DNA from: Candidatus Thorarchaeota archaeon SMTZ1-45
Lineage (GTDB): Archaea; Asgardarchaeota; Thorarchaeia; Thorarchaeales; Thorarchaeaceae
Assembly (NCBI GenBank): GCA_001563335.1
Contig: LRSL01000044.1
Coordinates: 1-56,662, forward strand
DNA: 56,662 bases
Direction: 5' to 3'
A program made the position numbers and the translations under genes. Position 1 is the stretch's first letter; each line of letters opens with the position of its first letter. Shown here in pieces: positions 28,872 to 38,129 of this stretch. The notes under the pieces are model-generated. The model was not told the origin of the DNA and did not search any database. It saw only the letters and a list, made by a program, of their open reading frames with translations.

Positions 28872-29336
28872 ATGGGAAAAATCGATGATACCATTCCTGA
28901 ACTTGCATTCCTCCCTGCCATAGTGATCACCATTGTTTTTGGCTTGGTGTTTCAGCTTGCTGGTGATTGGAAACTGATGTTGATCGCTGGAGCACTGGGC
29001 GCTCTATTTGTGAGAAGAATCCGTAGAGCCTTCTTAGTTGGATTTCTAGGTATAGGTCTTGCGTGGAGCATCCTCTTTGTCTATCTGTCAGTGACTGCTC
29101 AAGCAATGGCAGTTGCTAATATCTTCATAGGACTTCTCGGTCTGGAAGGACTTGGGATTGTTGTGATAGTGATTAGCGTCCTCATAGGTGCGTTACTTGG
29201 TGGCTTTGGAGGGATGTTAGGACGAGCTCTATATGAATTCATAGATGAGTTTCTCCCATCCGGTTCTGGAGGTAAACAAACTCCTCCACCCACGCCAGAG
29301 TCTATGAAAGAAGAAGCTATAACTGAAGAACAATAA
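28872..29336 (+). CDS. Gly-rich hypothetical membrane protein, co-transcribed with the acylase
   Basis: GGAGG RBS; about four TM segments; GALLGGFGGMLG. Confidence 0.75.
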   Translation: MGKIDDTIPELAFLPAIVITIVFGLVFQLAGDWKLMLIAGALGALFVRRIRRAFLVGFLGIGLAWSILFVYLSVTAQAMAVANIFIGLLGLEGLGIVVIVISVLIGALLGGFGGMLGRALYEFIDEFLPSGSGGKQTPPPTPESMKEEAITEEQ

Positions 29337-29344
29337 TCAAAATT

Positions 29345-29371
29345 GCTGTGGCACTCGTTGCCACAGCTTTC
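29345..29371. terminator. Hairpin between convergent genes (probably bidirectional terminator)
   Basis: GCTGTGGCA-CTCGT-TGCCACAGC perfect 9-bp stem; T-rich on both sides. Confidence 0.75.
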
Positions 29372-29914
29372 TCACTTTTTCTTCCAAATGATTAGAGTCA
29401 AAGATAGAAGTGCGGCTAATCCTACCAAGACAATCAATAAACTGAACTGGTCAATCTGTCCGGAACGGATTATGCTTCCTTTTATCTCTTTCATATAAAT
29501 AGAGTCATTGGAATAAACGACATACCATACATCGCTGTTGGGAATTTCGATACTCCAAGTGAGTTCCACGAGACCTCGTTTCTCTTGTATTGGAGTCGCA
29601 GATGAATCCTCAACCCATAGGTCATAGTTCTCCTCATTAAAGACAAAGAAGTCGATCCCTCCGAGTAACCAGTTGTCATACTCTGTCTGGTCTCCAGGGA
29701 AGAGCTCTCCATTATGCACTATTAGGAATTCTCCTGAAAGCGTGTCACCCGTGTGACAATGTATGGAAAATGACTCCCAAGAATGTGCATCAATCACGAT
29801 ATTGTGTGTTGCCTTGGTATTTAGTGAATGGTTTGAATTTGATTCTTTAGCGTAGGCAATAGGAGTAATGACCATAACGAATATCATGATAATTAAAATA
29901 GTTCTACTCTTCAC
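29372..29914 (-). CDS. Type I membrane protein with GOLD-like (emp24/gp25L/p24-like) domain
   Basis: Signal peptide (..PIAYA); GDTLSGEFLIV..GGIDFFVFN..TWSIEIPNSDVWYVVYSN resembles the GOLD strand pattern; C-terminal TM plus WKKK. Confidence 0.6.
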   Translation of the reverse strand: MKSRTILIIMIFVMVITPIAYAKESNSNHSLNTKATHNIVIDAHSWESFSIHCHTGDTLSGEFLIVHNGELFPGDQTEYDNWLLGGIDFFVFNEENYDLWVEDSSATPIQEKRGLVELTWSIEIPNSDVWYVVYSNDSIYMKEIKGSIIRSGQIDQFSLLIVLVGLAALLSLTLIIWKKK

Positions 29915-29920
29915 AGTTCT

Positions 29921-30172
29921 TCATCCTCCACCCACCGGAGGGAATATCACAATGGTGTCATTAGGAGATAAATTGTGATTATAATCAGTGATGCGTATTC
30001 CATTAACCATGATGATTTTAGCTTGTTCTGCACTAATACCTAAACTCTTGAGAACTCCATTGATTGTTGGCGTGTCAATCTCCACTAGGAAAGTTCCACC
30101 TAGCTCCACATCATCAGGTGCAAATCTTCTGAGAGTAGCATAGAGTTTGACAAATACATTCATTCGAATCAC
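29921..30172 (-). CDS. MoaD/ThiS/SAMP family sulfur carrier
   Basis: VKLYATLR, IMVNG, C-terminal IFPPVGGG; downstream of AOR. Confidence 0.88.
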   Translation of the reverse strand: MIRMNVFVKLYATLRRFAPDDVELGGTFLVEIDTPTINGVLKSLGISAEQAKIIMVNGIRITDYNHNLSPNDTIVIFPPVGGG

Positions 30173-30492
30173 TAGTAATAATCTACATCAACATCGTTGC
30201 GTGTATAGCCATGCCCTTTGAGATGCTGTCCCCCACAAAGCAATACCATGTTGAATGGGAAAAGTCCCACACGAGCTCCTTGTGGAATTATATCTTCTGG
30301 CTTTGCGAGTGTGCCATTGAGAAAGCAGTCACCGAGGTCTGACTGTTTCAGGCTTAGTCTTCTGATTAGTTCCCTGAAGGCTTCATTCTCTATGAAATCG
30401 AGTCTAAGAATAGTGTCCTCATCAGGACGACTATCCTTCACAAGATTTCGAAGACGACCATAGAGATGTATCTCGAGTGAATCTGAACTCAA
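30172..30492 (-). CDS. MoaD-like beta-grasp protein with C-terminal extension
   Basis: IHLYGRLR, CFLNG, GARVGLFP, then NMVLLCGG followed by 18 further residues. Confidence 0.72.
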   Translation of the reverse strand: MSSDSLEIHLYGRLRNLVKDSRPDEDTILRLDFIENEAFRELIRRLSLKQSDLGDCFLNGTLAKPEDIIPQGARVGLFPFNMVLLCGGQHLKGHGYTRNDVDVDYY

Positions 30493-30544
30493 TGTTAATC
30501 AGCTAGAGGTTATGGAATTGGGTTGATAATCCTAGTGGTATGAA

Positions 30545-30574
30545 GGAAAATTAAGGGGGAATAAATTCCTCCTT
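30545..30574 (-). terminator. Hairpin downstream of aor
   Basis: Minus strand AAGGAGGAA-TTTA-TTCCCCCTT (one mismatch) then AATTTTCC. Confidence 0.5.
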
Positions 30575-30580
30575 CGGGCT

Positions 30581-32371
30581 TCACATATCTTTGTAGACAG
30601 CGTCTAATTCCTCATCTGGGACATCGAACACCACATTGTGTGGTGGTAAGGGCTCTGTCCTGAAGAACTCTGGGAGTCTGTCGTCAATGACTGTGAATCC
30701 TGCCTCTTTGTTGAACTTTCTCTCCTTCCGAAGTATATCTTTACCATAACCTGTGACATCAATATCTTGTCCCAAGAATGAGTCAACTGTATCCTTCATA
30801 GCATTGAAACCATCGTCATCATCGAGGACACAAAATGCAATGAATAAGCAGTAACCTGTTGAGTCAATATATGCTGTAGTTGCCTGGAATGCTTGAGAGA
30901 GCTCCGCCTTCTTTAGATCTCGCGGGTCTGTGACCTTTCCCTTGATACCTAGGATTTCTGCAGCAATTGTGTATCCTGCTGTGTGGTCTGCACCCATTGT
31001 CGTAGTTGCGTATGTCACGCCAATACCCTTGATCGGTCTCGGGTCATACGCTGGAAGTGCCTGACCCTTCACGACTGGTATTCTTGTGACACCAAGTGCC
31101 TCCCCCGCTGTCAGAGCACCTGAGCAGACGAGTTTTCCATCGACTGATTTCTCATCATAGGCTTTCTTCAATAGTTCAATAGCCTTTGGACCGTTTCCGT
31201 AGGGAATGACTCCAGCTTCCATAAACATGGCAATAGTATTCCCAGCCTCAATCGTGTCAAGTCCAAGATCGTTGCAGAGTCTATTTAGTTCGGCAACATC
31301 ATGCAACACTCCGATGTCAAGGTTAGCACCAAGAGACCATGCTGACTCATACTCGAGAGGTGATACATGATGCTTACCAGTGTTCTCATATGGAACAACA
31401 TTGGAACATGCCATGACACATCCTGGATGGCAAGAATGCGCATACTTGCCCTCGGCTTTGTCACCAAACTTATTCTTTGTTTTATCTACAAGATCGTGAA
31501 CAGCCTCTCCTGATATCTTTGCAGCTTTATCAAAGCGACCTGAGCTGAATCCTCTCGTTGGAAGACCTCCAGCCTCACTCAGAATGTTCTGAAGGATGTT
31601 TGTACCGTAGTTCTTGAGACCCCCGTAAGGTTCTCCTTTGTCGTCTTTCAACTTTCCTGTAACCGCATGAGCATTTAGCGACTTTACGAAAACCTTTCTT
31701 GCTGCATCAAACTTCTCTTGATCTTTCGCTTCAGGTCTTGTCCCACCAGCCCCATCACTGATTATTGCTACGATTCTCTTAGAACCAAAGACTGCACCTA
31801 GTCCACCTCTACCAGCATATCTGCCTGGATCTGAGTTCTCAATGTTATTGCCAAAGACACCAGCACACTTCAACAACCTTTGTCCAGCTATTCCTGCACC
31901 AATGACTCCTGGTTTTGTGGGATAGTCCTTCCAAACCTTCCCTATGAGCTCATAGAGACCGATTCCTGCATACTCATTTGTCTTGATTATCTCACATTTG
32001 TCTTTACCAACAAGTATGCTATACCAATCCTTCGAATCTGGTGGAGCCCCTTTGATTACTATTCCTCTCACGCCAATACTCCCAAGTCTTGTACCAGTCA
32101 ATCCGCCTGCATTCGCTTCCTTGATTCCACCGGTTAGTGGTGATTTGGCACCCACACTCAACCTTCCTGAGGAAGGAGCAAGTGTCCCTGCAAGTAAGCC
32201 TGGTGATACAACTATCTTGTTGTTCTCTCGAAGAGGGTGGCATGTTGGATCTACCTCTTCTGAAAGAATAGTCGATGTGAATGCGCGTCCGGCAAATGTC
32301 TGATGCTCTGGTTTCACGTTCTCCCACTTGTGTGAGAGATCATTCATATTGATACGAAGTACCTTAGTCAC
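30581..32371 (-). CDS. aor: Tungsten-dependent aldehyde:ferredoxin oxidoreductase family protein
   Basis: KSPLTGGIKEANAGG, AGRGGLGAVFGSK, CHPGCVMAC, EYE, GLDTI, YDPR, GADHT, DRLPEFF. Confidence 0.93.
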   Translation of the reverse strand: MTKVLRINMNDLSHKWENVKPEHQTFAGRAFTSTILSEEVDPTCHPLRENNKIVVSPGLLAGTLAPSSGRLSVGAKSPLTGGIKEANAGGLTGTRLGSIGVRGIVIKGAPPDSKDWYSILVGKDKCEIIKTNEYAGIGLYELIGKVWKDYPTKPGVIGAGIAGQRLLKCAGVFGNNIENSDPGRYAGRGGLGAVFGSKRIVAIISDGAGGTRPEAKDQEKFDAARKVFVKSLNAHAVTGKLKDDKGEPYGGLKNYGTNILQNILSEAGGLPTRGFSSGRFDKAAKISGEAVHDLVDKTKNKFGDKAEGKYAHSCHPGCVMACSNVVPYENTGKHHVSPLEYESAWSLGANLDIGVLHDVAELNRLCNDLGLDTIEAGNTIAMFMEAGVIPYGNGPKAIELLKKAYDEKSVDGKLVCSGALTAGEALGVTRIPVVKGQALPAYDPRPIKGIGVTYATTTMGADHTAGYTIAAEILGIKGKVTDPRDLKKAELSQAFQATTAYIDSTGYCLFIAFCVLDDDDGFNAMKDTVDSFLGQDIDVTGYGKDILRKERKFNKEAGFTVIDDRLPEFFRTEPLPPHNVVFDVPDEELDAVYKDM

Positions 32372-32625
32372 TGTAACTCCTCCTTAACTGTTATATTAAT
32401 GTGCAAAATTGCTTATATGCGATAGGTCATTCTTGTTCATATCGATATGTTAGATGATGCATAACGGTAGTAACAAATGTCCTAGCACGTCTTTCAGAGC
32501 TCATGCAGGCTGGTTATGGACTCGAATGAAAAGTTTTAACTATGGTTAATGATTTTATCTAAAATGTCCAAGGAAGTTCTTTTAACACGCCCCAAAATCG
32601 GAAAGAAAGAAACCAAGGACGAAAG

Positions 32626-33819
32626 GTGAACGAAATGTATACAGAAATGGATAGGGGTGTCTATTATGTTGGCGTCGATGATCATCACACAGAACTATTT
32701 GAGAACCTGTGGAAGTTGCCATTTGGAGTTTCCTACAATAGCTATCTGATAGTGGACGAGAAGATTACACTCATCGAGACTGTCAAAGGACCTTGGTCTG
32801 GAGAATGGTTGGATAACATCCGTGAGATCATTGACCCAGCAAAGATAGACTATATTATACTAAATCACATGGAACCAGACCACACAAGCTCTCTTCCTGA
32901 TATTGCTAAAATTGCGACCAATGCCACAATGGTCTATACCAGCAAGGCGGCTGACATGCAGAAGTCATTCTATGACATTTCCCTAAAAGAAAAGACGGTT
33001 GATGACCTAGAAGAGCTCTCCCTAGGGAAAAAGACACTCAAGTTTGTGCATGCACCTTTTCTCCATTGGCCAGAAACAATGATGACCTACATTGTTGAGG
33101 ACGAGATTCTCTTCTCATGTGATGCCTTCGGTGCATTCGGAGCACTCAATGGAAAGGTCTTCGATGATGAGATTGACCTGAGAATGGTCGAATCTGAGAG
33201 CAGACGATACCTCTCGGGTATTATCACCTCCTACTTCAAGTTTGTACAGAGAGGAATAGCAAAGGTCAAAGAACTTGGAATTGGTATCAAGATGATTGCT
33301 CCCAGTCATGGTCCAATTTATCGAGAGAATCCTATGTGGATTATTAACAAGTACGATGAATGGACAAAACCTGAACTTGAGAAATATGCAACCATTGTCT
33401 ATGGAACAATGTATGGATACACTCACCGATTAGCACTTAAATTAAAGAAGGAACTGGTTCAATTAGGTGTAGAAGTAAAGCTTCACAACATTTCCTACAG
33501 TGAGATGAGTAGAGTTCTTGTTGATTCGGTAAGGGCTAGTGTTCTGGTTGTAGGTTCTCCAACTTATGATGCTTTTCCATTTCCAAAGATTTGGGCATTT
33601 GTGAATGAAGTGCAAGGGAAACGTTTCCCTGTGAAGACAGTGGCTCTCTTTGGAACCTATGGATGGGGTGGTGGTGGTGTCAAGAAGCTTCAACAAATGT
33701 TTGAGGACATGAGGTTTGAAATTCTTGAACCCGTGATCAGAGTGAAGGCAAGACCCTCTGATGAGGAAACTGAACAGATCAAACTTTTGGCGAAGACCAT
33801 TGCTGAACATGTAAAATAA
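32626..33819 (+). CDS. fprA: Flavodiiron protein (class A, FprA)
   Basis: SYNSYLI, NHMEPDH, LHWPETM, FSCDAFG, PSHG; C-terminal flavodoxin YGTMYGYT, GSPT, FGTYGWGGG. Confidence 0.93.
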   Translation: MNEMYTEMDRGVYYVGVDDHHTELFENLWKLPFGVSYNSYLIVDEKITLIETVKGPWSGEWLDNIREIIDPAKIDYIILNHMEPDHTSSLPDIAKIATNATMVYTSKAADMQKSFYDISLKEKTVDDLEELSLGKKTLKFVHAPFLHWPETMMTYIVEDEILFSCDAFGAFGALNGKVFDDEIDLRMVESESRRYLSGIITSYFKFVQRGIAKVKELGIGIKMIAPSHGPIYRENPMWIINKYDEWTKPELEKYATIVYGTMYGYTHRLALKLKKELVQLGVEVKLHNISYSEMSRVLVDSVRASVLVVGSPTYDAFPFPKIWAFVNEVQGKRFPVKTVALFGTYGWGGGGVKKLQQMFEDMRFEILEPVIRVKARPSDEETEQIKLLAKTIAEHVK

Positions 33820-33938
33820 AAGAAATTGAAGTTAGTCTTGTCTAACCGCACTCTTATTAATAATGTACAAAATAATCCTGTTATCTCGCGTAAGCGAAAT
33901 AGAGTGGAGGATATACTCCACTGAGAGAGTTGAGAGAA

Positions 33939-34526
33939 ATGAATCTTAAGGGAACTAAAACCGAGAAGAACTTACTTACTTCTTTTGCAGGAGAGTCTCA
34001 AGCACGTAATAGATACACAATTGCTGCTAAAACTGCTAAGAAAGAAGGTTATCCTCATATTGCAGCAATCTTTGAAGAAACTGCAGGTCATGAACTCGAA
34101 CATGCAAAGAGGTTCTTCACAGCGTTAAAGGAAGGTGGAGCCACAGAGGCAATCAAGGTGGAATGGGATTTCCCAACCAGTGGTGGGTATGAGAGTACTG
34201 AATCGCTCCTCAGGCATGCTGCTGCTGGTGAGAAATTTGAATTTACCGAAATGTATCCTGGTTATGCTGACATTGCTGAAAAGGAGGGCTTCAAGAGTAT
34301 CGCACATATGTGGCGAATGATTGCGAAGGCTGAATCTTGGCACCATGAGCGCTACCTCGCCTTAGCTGAGCAAATCAAAAATGGTAGCATCTTCAAGAAG
34401 AAACAGAAGGTCAAGTGGAGATGTGATAACTGCGGATATATTCATGAAGGTGAAAGTCCACCTGACAAATGCCCTGCATGTCAACATGATAAAGGTTACT
34501 TCATGCTTCACTTTTCTGAGTACTAG
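33939..34526 (+). CDS. rbr: Rubrerythrin
   Basis: Start placed at ATG 33939; FAGESQARNRY, ELEH, GEKFE..MYP, ESWH; C-terminal WRCDNCG...CPAC. Confidence 0.93.
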   Translation: MNLKGTKTEKNLLTSFAGESQARNRYTIAAKTAKKEGYPHIAAIFEETAGHELEHAKRFFTALKEGGATEAIKVEWDFPTSGGYESTESLLRHAAAGEKFEFTEMYPGYADIAEKEGFKSIAHMWRMIAKAESWHHERYLALAEQIKNGSIFKKKQKVKWRCDNCGYIHEGESPPDKCPACQHDKGYFMLHFSEY

Positions 34527-34533
34527 AAAAATT

Positions 34534-34585
34534 AAAGGGACCCATGGCATCGAGTCATTGGGTCATCTCCCTTCTTTTTCTTTTT
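34534..34585 (+). terminator. Hairpin plus T-rich terminator after rubrerythrin
   Basis: GACCCATGGC-ATCGA-GTCATTGGGTC followed by CTTCTTTTTCTTTTT. Confidence 0.6.
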
Positions 34586-34634
34586 GTGCGATAGACTCAA
34601 ATCCAAAATGTAGTCAGATTGCCGCGTGACTACA

Positions 34635-35666
34635 ATGAAAAGTCTGTATGGACGCGATTTGATTACAACACAAGAATGGAGTGTTGAAGAGCTTGAGAAG
34701 ACTTTGAATCTCTCATTTGAGTTCAAGGCTAATCGATATGATCATCCACTGAACAACTGTCTTGATAGAAGGACTTTCTTCATGTTCTTCTATAACCCAA
34801 GTGTTAGGACACGACAGTCTTTTGAAGCCGCTGCAACTGAGCTTGGTGGTCATGCGCAATTCTTAGAACCAAAGACGATGAGACTCAAGACTGGTAAGTC
34901 AGCTGGTGAAACTGTTGAAGATGCAGCTCAAGTAATGAGTAGATATGCGGTTGGACTTGGAATTAGAATTCTGGAAACTGGCATAGAGTACTATGGCCAG
35001 GGCGATGAGCTCCTGAGACAATATGCGGATAATGCAAGCATCCCAATTGTTTCAATGGCTCATGATAAGTTCCATCCCTGTCAGGGACTTGCAGATGTCA
35101 TGGGTTATCAGCAACATGTTGGTAAGAATCTCAAGGGAAAGAAGATTTTGCAAGTCTGGGGTAAAGGCGCACTTGTGCGGTCATGGTGTAGTGTTCAAGA
35201 GAGTATTTTGATTAATACACGTCTTGGTATGGATGTGACACTAGCCCATCCTCCTGGTTATGACTTAGATCCTGAGGTCATCAAGTGGTGTGAGGATAAT
35301 GCTGAAGCTGCAGATAGCACATTTGAGATTGTCCACGATCTTGAAGAAGGTTACAAGAATGCAAACATTGTCTATTCAAGAAACTGGATGACAGATGGTT
35401 TCTATGATGATATGATGAAACGTGGCGTTGACGAGGCGAAGAAGAAAGAGATTGAGATTGCAGCAAAATTTGACGACTGGATTACAACAAAAGAATGGAT
35501 GTCGCACACAAATAATGCCTTCTTTACCCATTGTGGTCCAGTAGATCGCAATGCAGAGGTCACAGATGAGGTCTGCGACAGTTCTAAATCAATTGTTTAT
35601 GACGTAGCTGAGAACAGACTGCACGTTCAGAAAGCTATTATGGCATTGACCATGGGTAAACAGTAA
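34635..35666 (+). CDS. Second non-canonical carbamoyltransferase (N-acylornithine-type branch)
   Basis: Start ATG 34635 (or GTG 34626); FYNPSVRTRQSF, HPCQ, variant HCGP, AENRLH; YSRNW replaces the SMG loop. Confidence 0.85.
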   Translation: MKSLYGRDLITTQEWSVEELEKTLNLSFEFKANRYDHPLNNCLDRRTFFMFFYNPSVRTRQSFEAAATELGGHAQFLEPKTMRLKTGKSAGETVEDAAQVMSRYAVGLGIRILETGIEYYGQGDELLRQYADNASIPIVSMAHDKFHPCQGLADVMGYQQHVGKNLKGKKILQVWGKGALVRSWCSVQESILINTRLGMDVTLAHPPGYDLDPEVIKWCEDNAEAADSTFEIVHDLEEGYKNANIVYSRNWMTDGFYDDMMKRGVDEAKKKEIEIAAKFDDWITTKEWMSHTNNAFFTHCGPVDRNAEVTDEVCDSSKSIVYDVAENRLHVQKAIMALTMGKQ

Positions 35667-35674
35667 GATATGTC

Positions 35675-35705
35675 AAGCCCCCTACTAAAAACTGGGGGCT
35701 TCCTT
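35675..35705 (+). terminator. Hairpin after carbamoyltransferase 2
   Basis: AAGCCCCCTA-CTAAAAAC-TGGGGGCTT. Confidence 0.6.
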
Positions 35706-35984
35706 ACTCAAGGATGAGTAAAACTAATTTTATTCTGAAGCTTGCACTCTCAGAATGCATTCTGTTGAGCTTGTTGCTTATTTCTAAGAGGCGGAAGAAT
35801 ATTATTTGAGTGTTGCAAGTCATGAATATAACTCGTCAGAGCTGGGAGGACAGAATAAGGAAGAAGGATGCGGGACTGAATAGATGGTTGCTACATTAGC
35901 ACCTGAATTTCAAATTATATGGTACCCATCGACGCTCGGACTTGAAATAGGAAAACTCCGTGGGTGCCCATTGGCGCCCACACA

Positions 35985-37070
35985 TTATTCTTTCTCGATA
36001 TCTCCCCATCGGTGACATCGAATAAAATAATCTGGCTTAACCTCTCTGTACTCTGGTACTTCCGTTTTACAGATATCAACTACATACTGGCATCGTGGAT
36101 GAAATGCACATCCACTTGGGATGTCAGTGAGGTCTGGAGGGTCTCCAGGGATGCCTCTTAATCTTGGCTTCTTTCCAGCCCGCATCTGCATCATCGCAAT
36201 CGTTGGAAAGCTTGACATCAGCCCCTGTGTGTATGGGTGTTTAGGCTCGTGAAATATGTCTATTGCATTTGCATATTCAACTATCTTCCCAGCATACATG
36301 ACCGCAACTCTATCTGCCATCTCAGCAACCACACCAGCATCATGACTAATGAGTAGTAATGAAACATCGAAATCATCGCGAATCATTTTTAGGACATTCA
36401 TAATCTGTCGTTGGACAGTCACATCAAGAGCTGAGGTTGGCTCATCTGCAATAACCAAATAGGGTCCTGCAATTAGAGCCATAGCAATGAGGATTCTCTG
36501 GGACTCTCCACCACTAAAACTTCCAGGGTCCAACACAAAACGCAAATTGGCATCAGCAAGCTGTACAAGACCCAGATACTCTAGGACCTTCCTCTTTAGT
36601 TCAATGAGTCTAAAGTTTTCATCATGCACTTCAATAGGTTCAGCAGTTTGGTGTCCAATGCTATGCTGAGGGTTCAACGCATGACCAAGTCCTTGGGGAA
36701 TCAATGAAAGTTCGCGTCCCCGAATCGCAATGAGTTCTTCCTGCGCGAGAGTTGTCAAATCCTTTCCCCTGAAAATTATCTTGCCTCTAACACCCGGGAG
36801 GTCTGTAGAACCAGGTAACCCCTTCGAGAATGCTCTTCGTAATTCAGGGTCGTTTGAAGAGCCTGCGCTGAAACGCGCTACTTTGTCGAAAAGACCCATT
36901 ATTGCAATTGCCATGCTACTTTTTCCAGAACCGCTCTCCCCAAGAAGTCCGACGCATTCCCCCTCTCTCACCTCAAGAGATACATCATCAACTGCTCGAA
37001 CCAGTCCCTTCTTTGAAGGATAGTACGCTCTGAGGTTCTTAAGAACGAGTAATGGGTCTCCTTTAGCCAT
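35985..37070 (-). CDS. Oligopeptide/dipeptide ABC transporter ATP-binding protein (OppD-like)
   Basis: GESGSGKS, FSGGESQR, IADEPT, ISHD, HPYT, C-terminal GCAFHPRC. Confidence 0.9.
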   Translation of the reverse strand: MAKGDPLLVLKNLRAYYPSKKGLVRAVDDVSLEVREGECVGLLGESGSGKSSMAIAIMGLFDKVARFSAGSSNDPELRRAFSKGLPGSTDLPGVRGKIIFRGKDLTTLAQEELIAIRGRELSLIPQGLGHALNPQHSIGHQTAEPIEVHDENFRLIELKRKVLEYLGLVQLADANLRFVLDPGSFSGGESQRILIAMALIAGPYLVIADEPTSALDVTVQRQIMNVLKMIRDDFDVSLLLISHDAGVVAEMADRVAVMYAGKIVEYANAIDIFHEPKHPYTQGLMSSFPTIAMMQMRAGKKPRLRGIPGDPPDLTDIPSGCAFHPRCQYVVDICKTEVPEYREVKPDYFIRCHRWGDIEKE

Positions 37071-37182
37071 AGACGCACCATCTCGTGTTTATTCTAATTC
37101 GTTAATAAAGCGTATCAAAGAAGCACAGATGCTTGAATGAAAATCGAAATCGTACCAATAAGCTCTGATTCCACAATTTCGA

Positions 37183-38055
37183 CTACCAAGCCCCTTCTGA
37201 TGTTGTAAATGCTTTCAACATGAAGTACATCATTAGGGAGATGAGAATAATGATTGTCACGAACCCTGCAATAAATGATTGACTTGCAACAGTATTCCAG
37301 TAAAAGCTATCGCCGAACAAATCATTCCAGGCTAAACCACCAGTCAAATTTCCAACAGCAATTAGTACAAATGGAGTACTTACAAAAACCATAATGACCA
37401 TCGATAGATATCCTGCACGTTTTAGCATTACTAATTTTGATGAAGTTATTGGCTCTATCTCAGGTACTGACTCTTCAACATCCTCCTCTTCCTTCTCTTC
37501 TCTCTTCAATCCTCTCGTGATAAGTCTGTCATGAATACGATCATACTTCGCTCTCCAATATCTTTTGAATCCAGCCACACTAATATCGGATTCTCGCGAC
37601 AATAGTTTATTCACCATAAAATAGGTAATTATGGTTCCAAGGGTTGCCCAGAAGATTGGATAAGGGTCTAAATAGAACGAGAAAATGTTATACACAACTG
37701 CACCAACACGTACAGATACGAGCAAAGACAACCAACCGACTTGGTTTCCAAAAATGCTTCTTCGTGTATGAACATAGTAAGAACCTGCAATCATCGCAAA
37801 GAATACAAATGAAACTATATCAACGATAATCCATACAAACCACCAATCACTAGTCAGGGCTAGTTTCACGATGGGATTGTACTCGAACTCTGGACCATGA
37901 GCCTGGAACAAGAGGAATGTGAACAATGCATCAACAAGCCCTATAGGCGACAGGGCAAAAACCAATCCTCGGACCCATCTCTCTTTCCACCATAAAGAAA
38001 ACATCTCGGTCACGCTCATGGTTACTAGTGATGTTCGGGTCCTTTCAGATTTCAA
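37183..38055 (-). CDS. Hypothetical multi-pass membrane protein (N-terminus resembles DUF5658-type D..T...E.NP proteins)
   Basis: VDALFT...EFEYNPIV; about six TM segments with an acidic cytoplasmic linker. Confidence 0.65.
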   Translation of the reverse strand: MKSERTRTSLVTMSVTEMFSLWWKERWVRGLVFALSPIGLVDALFTFLLFQAHGPEFEYNPIVKLALTSDWWFVWIIVDIVSFVFFAMIAGSYYVHTRRSIFGNQVGWLSLLVSVRVGAVVYNIFSFYLDPYPIFWATLGTIITYFMVNKLLSRESDISVAGFKRYWRAKYDRIHDRLITRGLKREEKEEEDVEESVPEIEPITSSKLVMLKRAGYLSMVIMVFVSTPFVLIAVGNLTGGLAWNDLFGDSFYWNTVASQSFIAGFVTIIILISLMMYFMLKAFTTSEGAW

Positions 38056-38129
38056 TCAGTCACCAACCTTCCTTAGAAGACAAATGATTCTCTTTAAAGT
38101 CTGTGATATGAGTAAGATAACCTTACGTC

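Noticed and set aside
33864-33869. Single TGTACA upstream of rubrerythrin as a TRP box
   Set aside because: One hexamer without a phased partner is expected by chance
35706-35960. Small gene or ncRNA in the gap between carbamoyltransferase 2 and the OppD-like gene
   Set aside because: Only short stems and short ORFs without recognisable features
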